Shown here: piece after piece, positions 60,313 to 64,000 of the stretch
Layout: each line of letters starts with the position of its first letter
Numbering within the stretch: position 1 is the first letter of the stretch
Assembly (NCBI GenBank): GCA_965206595.1
Contig: OZ242214.1
Coordinates: 2,048,001-2,112,000 of the forward strand
Source: Candidatus Latescibacterota bacterium
GTDB taxonomy: Bacteria; Latescibacterota; UBA2968; UBA8231
DNA: 64,000 nt
Direction: 5' to 3'
Translations under genes and position numbers: made by a program
Notes under the pieces: generated by a model
What the model was told of the DNA's origin: nothing
What the model saw: only the letters and a program-made list of their open reading frames with translations
The model's database searches: none

Positions 60313-61353
60313 ATGAGCGACCTGAACGTCGGCATCGTGGGACTGGGCTGGGTTGCCGGCGCCCACATCGAAACCTTCAAGGCGGTAGAGGGGGGCAACG
60401 TCACCGCGGTGTGCTCCCGCAGGGAACACGACGAGGCCGACCTGGCAACGCAGTTCGGCACCCCGCTGAAGGCGTACACCAGCTACGACGAGATGCTGGC
60501 CGACGGCGACATCGATGTCGTCGACATCTGCACCCCCCACCCCTTCCACGCGGAGCAGGCGATCGCCGCGGCGCGCGCCGGCAAGCACCTGATCATCGAG
60601 AAGCCGGTCTGCCTCACGTACGAGGACCTGGTGGCGGTGGGGGAGGCGGTCGAAGAAAGCGGCGTCGAGGTCTGCGTCTGCTTCGAGTGCCGCTACAGCG
60701 CCCACTTCACCCTGATCCGCTCGGTCATCGACCAGGGTCTGCTCGGGGAGTTGCATTTCGCCGAGGTCGACTACTACCACGGCATCGGGCCCTGGTACGG
60801 GCAGTACGGCTGGAACGTCAAGAAGGAGATGGGAGGCAGCTCCCTGTTGACCGCGGGCTGCCACGCCCTCGACGCCTGCCTGTTCTTCATGGACGGCAAG
60901 GTCGAGGAGGTGTCGAGCTACCAGGTGATGTCGAAGGGGGCGGAGTTCGCGCCGTACGAGTACAACACCACCAGCGTCAGCACCCTGAAGTTCGCCGGCG
61001 GCGAAAAGCTCGCCAAGGTCACCTCCTGCATCGACTGCCTGCAGCCCTACTACTTCCACATCCACCTCGTCGGCAGCGAGGGCAGCCTGCTCGACAACCG
61101 CATCTATTCCAAGAAGCTCAAGGGGATGGTCAAGGACCGGTGGAGCACCCTCGAGACCTCGCTGATAGACTCCGGCGACGTCAGCGACCACCCCTACCAG
61201 CCGCAGTTCCAGGCATTCGTCGACGCCGTCGGCAGGAACGAGGCCATGCCGCTGACCGACTGGGACACCGCCTCCGAGTCCTCGCGGGTGGTGTTCGCCG
61301 CGGACCTCGCCGCGGCCGAAGGCCGGCCGGTGGCGTTGTCGGAGCTGGCCTGA
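60313..61353 (+). CDS. Gfo/Idh/MocA oxidoreductase
   Basis: [27 protein letters not shown]. Confidence 0.92.
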   Translation: MSDLNVGIVGLGWVAGAHIETFKAVEGGNVTAVCSRREHDEADLATQFGTPLKAYTSYDEMLADGDIDVVDICTPHPFHAEQAIAAARAGKHLIIEKPVCLTYEDLVAVGEAVEESGVEVCVCFECRYSAHFTLIRSVIDQGLLGELHFAEVDYYHGIGPWYGQYGWNVKKEMGGSSLLTAGCHALDACLFFMDGKVEEVSSYQVMSKGAEFAPYEYNTTSVSTLKFAGGEKLAKVTSCIDCLQPYYFHIHLVGSEGSLLDNRIYSKKLKGMVKDRWSTLETSLIDSGDVSDHPYQPQFQAFVDAVGRNEAMPLTDWDTASESSRVVFAADLAAAEGRPVALSELA

Positions 61354-61482
61354 AGCTCGAGCCCGGTTCCGGCCGCTGCATAAACCGGGTGTCGGATCGG
61401 GTTTTAGACGGGGTTTTGACCGGACAGACCGGCACTGGCTGCAGTCCATTGCCCGCATGACCGCGGTGCGGCACAGTACCCC

Positions 61483-63552
61483 ATGAGACACCTGCCCCTT
61501 CTCCTCCTATCCTTCCGGATCAGCGCCATGGCGAGTACCACCGAGTTCCACGTCTCCCCCTCCGGCGACGACGCCGGCGACGGATCGGCCGAGCGTCCGT
61601 TCGCTACCCCTTCCCGCGCCCGGGATGCCCTGCGCCTGCTCAAGAGCGAGAGCGGCCTTCCCGAGGCCGGAGCCAGCGTCTGGCTGCACGGAGGGGACTA
61701 CCGATTGCGCGAATCGTTTCTCCTCGAAAGACAGGACTCCGGCGCGCCCGGGGCCCCGATCGCCTACCGCGCCGCCCCGGGTGCACAGCCGCGGCTTCTC
61801 GGCGGGATCGAGCTGCCCGCCGCCGCCTGGGCGGCGGTCGAGGATCCGGTGGTGCGCGGCAAGCTCTCCGGGGAGGCGCGCGAGGAAGTGCGCCGCATCG
61901 ACCTCGGGGGGCTCGGAGTGCCGGCGGTGGCGCCGCCCCCGGACGCCTTCAAGGGGAGCGCGCTGCCCGAGCTGTTCGCCGGCGGCGAGCGCATGCCTCT
62001 GGCGCGCTGGCCCAACGAGGGGTGGGTGACCTTCACCGAGGCCGTCGACAGGGGCTCCCGCAGCGGCGACGAGGTCCCCCGGGGAGGCACCTTCCGCTAC
62101 GAGGAGGAGCGCCCGGCCCGCTGGTCCGTGGAGGAAGGGGTCTGGCTGCAGGGGTACTGGTGCTGGGACTGGTACGAGGAGTCGATCCGGGTCGCAGCGA
62201 TCGACACCGCCGCCCGGCTGATCACCCTCGCCGCTCCCCACGGGTACGCCATCGGCTTCGATCCCGGGTACCCCTGGAACGACGCGCCGCGGCGCTACTT
62301 TGCCTTCAACCTGCTTTCCGAGCTCGACCGCCCCGGGGAATGGCACCTCGATCCCGGGGAGATGGTCCTCTACTTCTGGCCTCCCGCGGGCATCGAGGAG
62401 AAGGAGGTGATCCTGTCGCTGCTCGAAGAGCCCCTGATCGCCCTCGAGGACGCTTCCCATGTATCCATCGAGGGGATCACCTTCGAGGCGGGCAGGGAAT
62501 CCGGCGTCGCCGTGACCGGGGGGGCCGGCAACCGGGTGGCAGGCTGCACCTTCCGCAACCTCGGCACCACCGCGGTGAGCGTCAGCGGCGGCTCCGGGCA
62601 CCGGGTCGTCAGCTGCGACATCCACGACGTCGGGGCTTCCGGAATAAGCCTCACCGGCGGGGACCGGCCGACCCTCGAGCCGGGCGGTCACGAGGCGGTC
62701 AACAACCACATCTACCGCTTCGGACGCACACGCCGCACCTATGCCGGCGCCGTCCATCTATACGGTGTGGGCAACCGCGCCGCCCACAACCTCATCCACG
62801 ACGCCCCCCACCTGGCGATGGAGTTCAAAGGCAACGACCACGTCATCGAATTCAACCACATCCACCACGTCGCCCGGGAGACCGGCGACGTCGGCGCCCT
62901 CTACACCGGCCGCGACTGGACCGCCCGCGGCAACCTCATCCGCCACAACTTCATCCACGATCTCACCGGCCCGGGGGTCGTCGGCTCCATGGGGGTCTAC
63001 CTCGACGACTGCCTCAGCGGCACCACCGTGTTCGGCAACGTCATACACAAGGCGACGTTCGCCATGCACACCGGGGGCGGCCGCGACAACCTGTTCCGCA
63101 ACAACATCCTCACGGCGTCGCGCCACGCCTTCCACATCGACGCGCGCTGCGTCGGGATTATCGAGGGTCACGTGCTGACCCCGATTTTTTTCGAGCGCCT
63201 GGAAGCGATGCCCTACCGCGAGCCGCCCTGGAGCGAGCGCTATCCCGAGCTCGTCGACATCCTCGAGGACGACCTCGGGTTCCCCAAGAGGAACGTCGTC
63301 GACCGCAATGTCGTCGTGCACTGCGCGGACTGGTTGCACACCCCCGGAATGGAGCCCTATCTCGACCTCAACCGGATCGAGAACAACCTCGTTTTCGAGG
63401 AGTTCGAAGAAGCCGGGTTCGTCGACGCCGACAACCTCGAGCTGCAGCTGCGGGAGGATTCCCCGGTGTACGAGCGGCTGCCGGAGTTCGAGCGCATCCC
63501 CTTCGAGCGCATCGGGCTGTTCATCGACGAGTACCGCCCCCGTCTCCCCTGA
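61483..63552 (+). CDS. Secreted right-handed beta-helix protein (GH141-like)
   Basis: HVSPSGDD..DGS..PFAT, LARWPN, NLLSELD.PGEW, repeated N.IH turns, GVYLDD. Confidence 0.85.
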   Translation: MRHLPLLLLSFRISAMASTTEFHVSPSGDDAGDGSAERPFATPSRARDALRLLKSESGLPEAGASVWLHGGDYRLRESFLLERQDSGAPGAPIAYRAAPGAQPRLLGGIELPAAAWAAVEDPVVRGKLSGEAREEVRRIDLGGLGVPAVAPPPDAFKGSALPELFAGGERMPLARWPNEGWVTFTEAVDRGSRSGDEVPRGGTFRYEEERPARWSVEEGVWLQGYWCWDWYEESIRVAAIDTAARLITLAAPHGYAIGFDPGYPWNDAPRRYFAFNLLSELDRPGEWHLDPGEMVLYFWPPAGIEEKEVILSLLEEPLIALEDASHVSIEGITFEAGRESGVAVTGGAGNRVAGCTFRNLGTTAVSVSGGSGHRVVSCDIHDVGASGISLTGGDRPTLEPGGHEAVNNHIYRFGRTRRTYAGAVHLYGVGNRAAHNLIHDAPHLAMEFKGNDHVIEFNHIHHVARETGDVGALYTGRDWTARGNLIRHNFIHDLTGPGVVGSMGVYLDDCLSGTTVFGNVIHKATFAMHTGGGRDNLFRNNILTASRHAFHIDARCVGIIEGHVLTPIFFERLEAMPYREPPWSERYPELVDILEDDLGFPKRNVVDRNVVVHCADWLHTPGMEPYLDLNRIENNLVFEEFEEAGFVDADNLELQLREDSPVYERLPEFERIPFERIGLFIDEYRPRLP

Positions 63553-63787
63553 CCAGCAGAGCCCCGGCGTACCCACTCGGGGCCACTCCTACGTTCACAT
63601 CGCGAGCCCGGGCTCGGCGAAATTCCGGCAACCTGTTTTGGAGCCGAACCCGGATATCCGCCGGGAAGGGCGGCCGGAAAATCGAGGGCCCCGGGCGCCT
63701 CGGCCACCTGATTGGCCAAACCTTCCGGGCAGGATTCAGGCAACCGGGGGCCTCTCCCGACCATGCAGAGCCCCCGGGGAGGCGCGA

Positions 63788-64000
63788 TCACCCCATGGAG
63801 ACGAGGTAACCTGTCAGGCCCCCGGCGAGGATCAGCCAGGCCGGGCTCATGCCGGTGTACGTGGTGATGAGGAAGGCCATGCCCGCCATCCACCAGGAGA
63901 ACCCGCCGGTCAGCGAGGCTTCGGCCAGCTTCACGGTCACCGCCAGCATCAGCCCGGTGGCGCCGGCGTTCACGCCGTCGAGGAAGGCGCCGGCCAAGCG
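63788..64000 (-). CDS. chrA: Chromate transporter (ChrA family), C-terminal part
   Basis: AFLDGVNAGATGLM...WLILAGG; truncated by window edge. Confidence 0.75.
   Translation of the reverse strand, partial: RLAGAFLDGVNAGATGLMLAVTVKLAEASLTGGFSWWMAGMAFLITTYTGMSPAWLILAGGLTGYLVSMG

Noticed and set aside
1-64000. Many long overlapping or antisense ORFs (e.g. 21258-23408, 36571-38658, 54200-56161)
   Set aside because: They are Arg/Pro/Gly-rich or antisense shadows of real genes, as expected at high GC.
1-64000. tRNA, rRNA, CRISPR arrays and riboswitches
   Set aside because: None was recognisable by eye in the intergenic regions. An Infernal/Rfam scan would be needed to exclude divergent RNAs.

Overview
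High-GC bacterial chromosomal window. It is diderm-like (MCE system, outer-membrane barrel, lipoproteins); cadherin fragments and many SDR/PhyH genes suggest a host-associated FCB-group organism, which is inference only. 1-19 kb is mostly housekeeping: pyrC end, RNase HII-YraN fusion, aroQ-rsmE-prmA-mrp-dnaJ-grpE-hrcA without dnaK, rpiA, ilvD, threonine synthase-like gene. 17-30 kb is a lipid-centred block: an ElbD-like FAR/acyl-CoA ligase/ACP/acyltransferase megaenzyme translationally coupled to lgt, plus a divergent DAG-kinase gene and an MCE/Mla transporter with an OM barrel. 39.9-48.2 kb is a nest of five IS elements (ISL3, IS1380, IS1182 split by IS66, ISKra4/ISLre2-like) with readable IRs and TSDs, followed by decayed gene fragments. 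50-64 kb holds sugar/redox catabolic genes. Top finding: a 92-codon DUF5069-like gene missed by the ORF track (54752-55030) has an in-frame TGA at the expected conserved Cys and is followed immediately by a SECIS-like hairpin, making it a candidate new selenoprotein. No tRNA, rRNA or CRISPR array was seen. All family calls are motif recognition by eye, not database searches.
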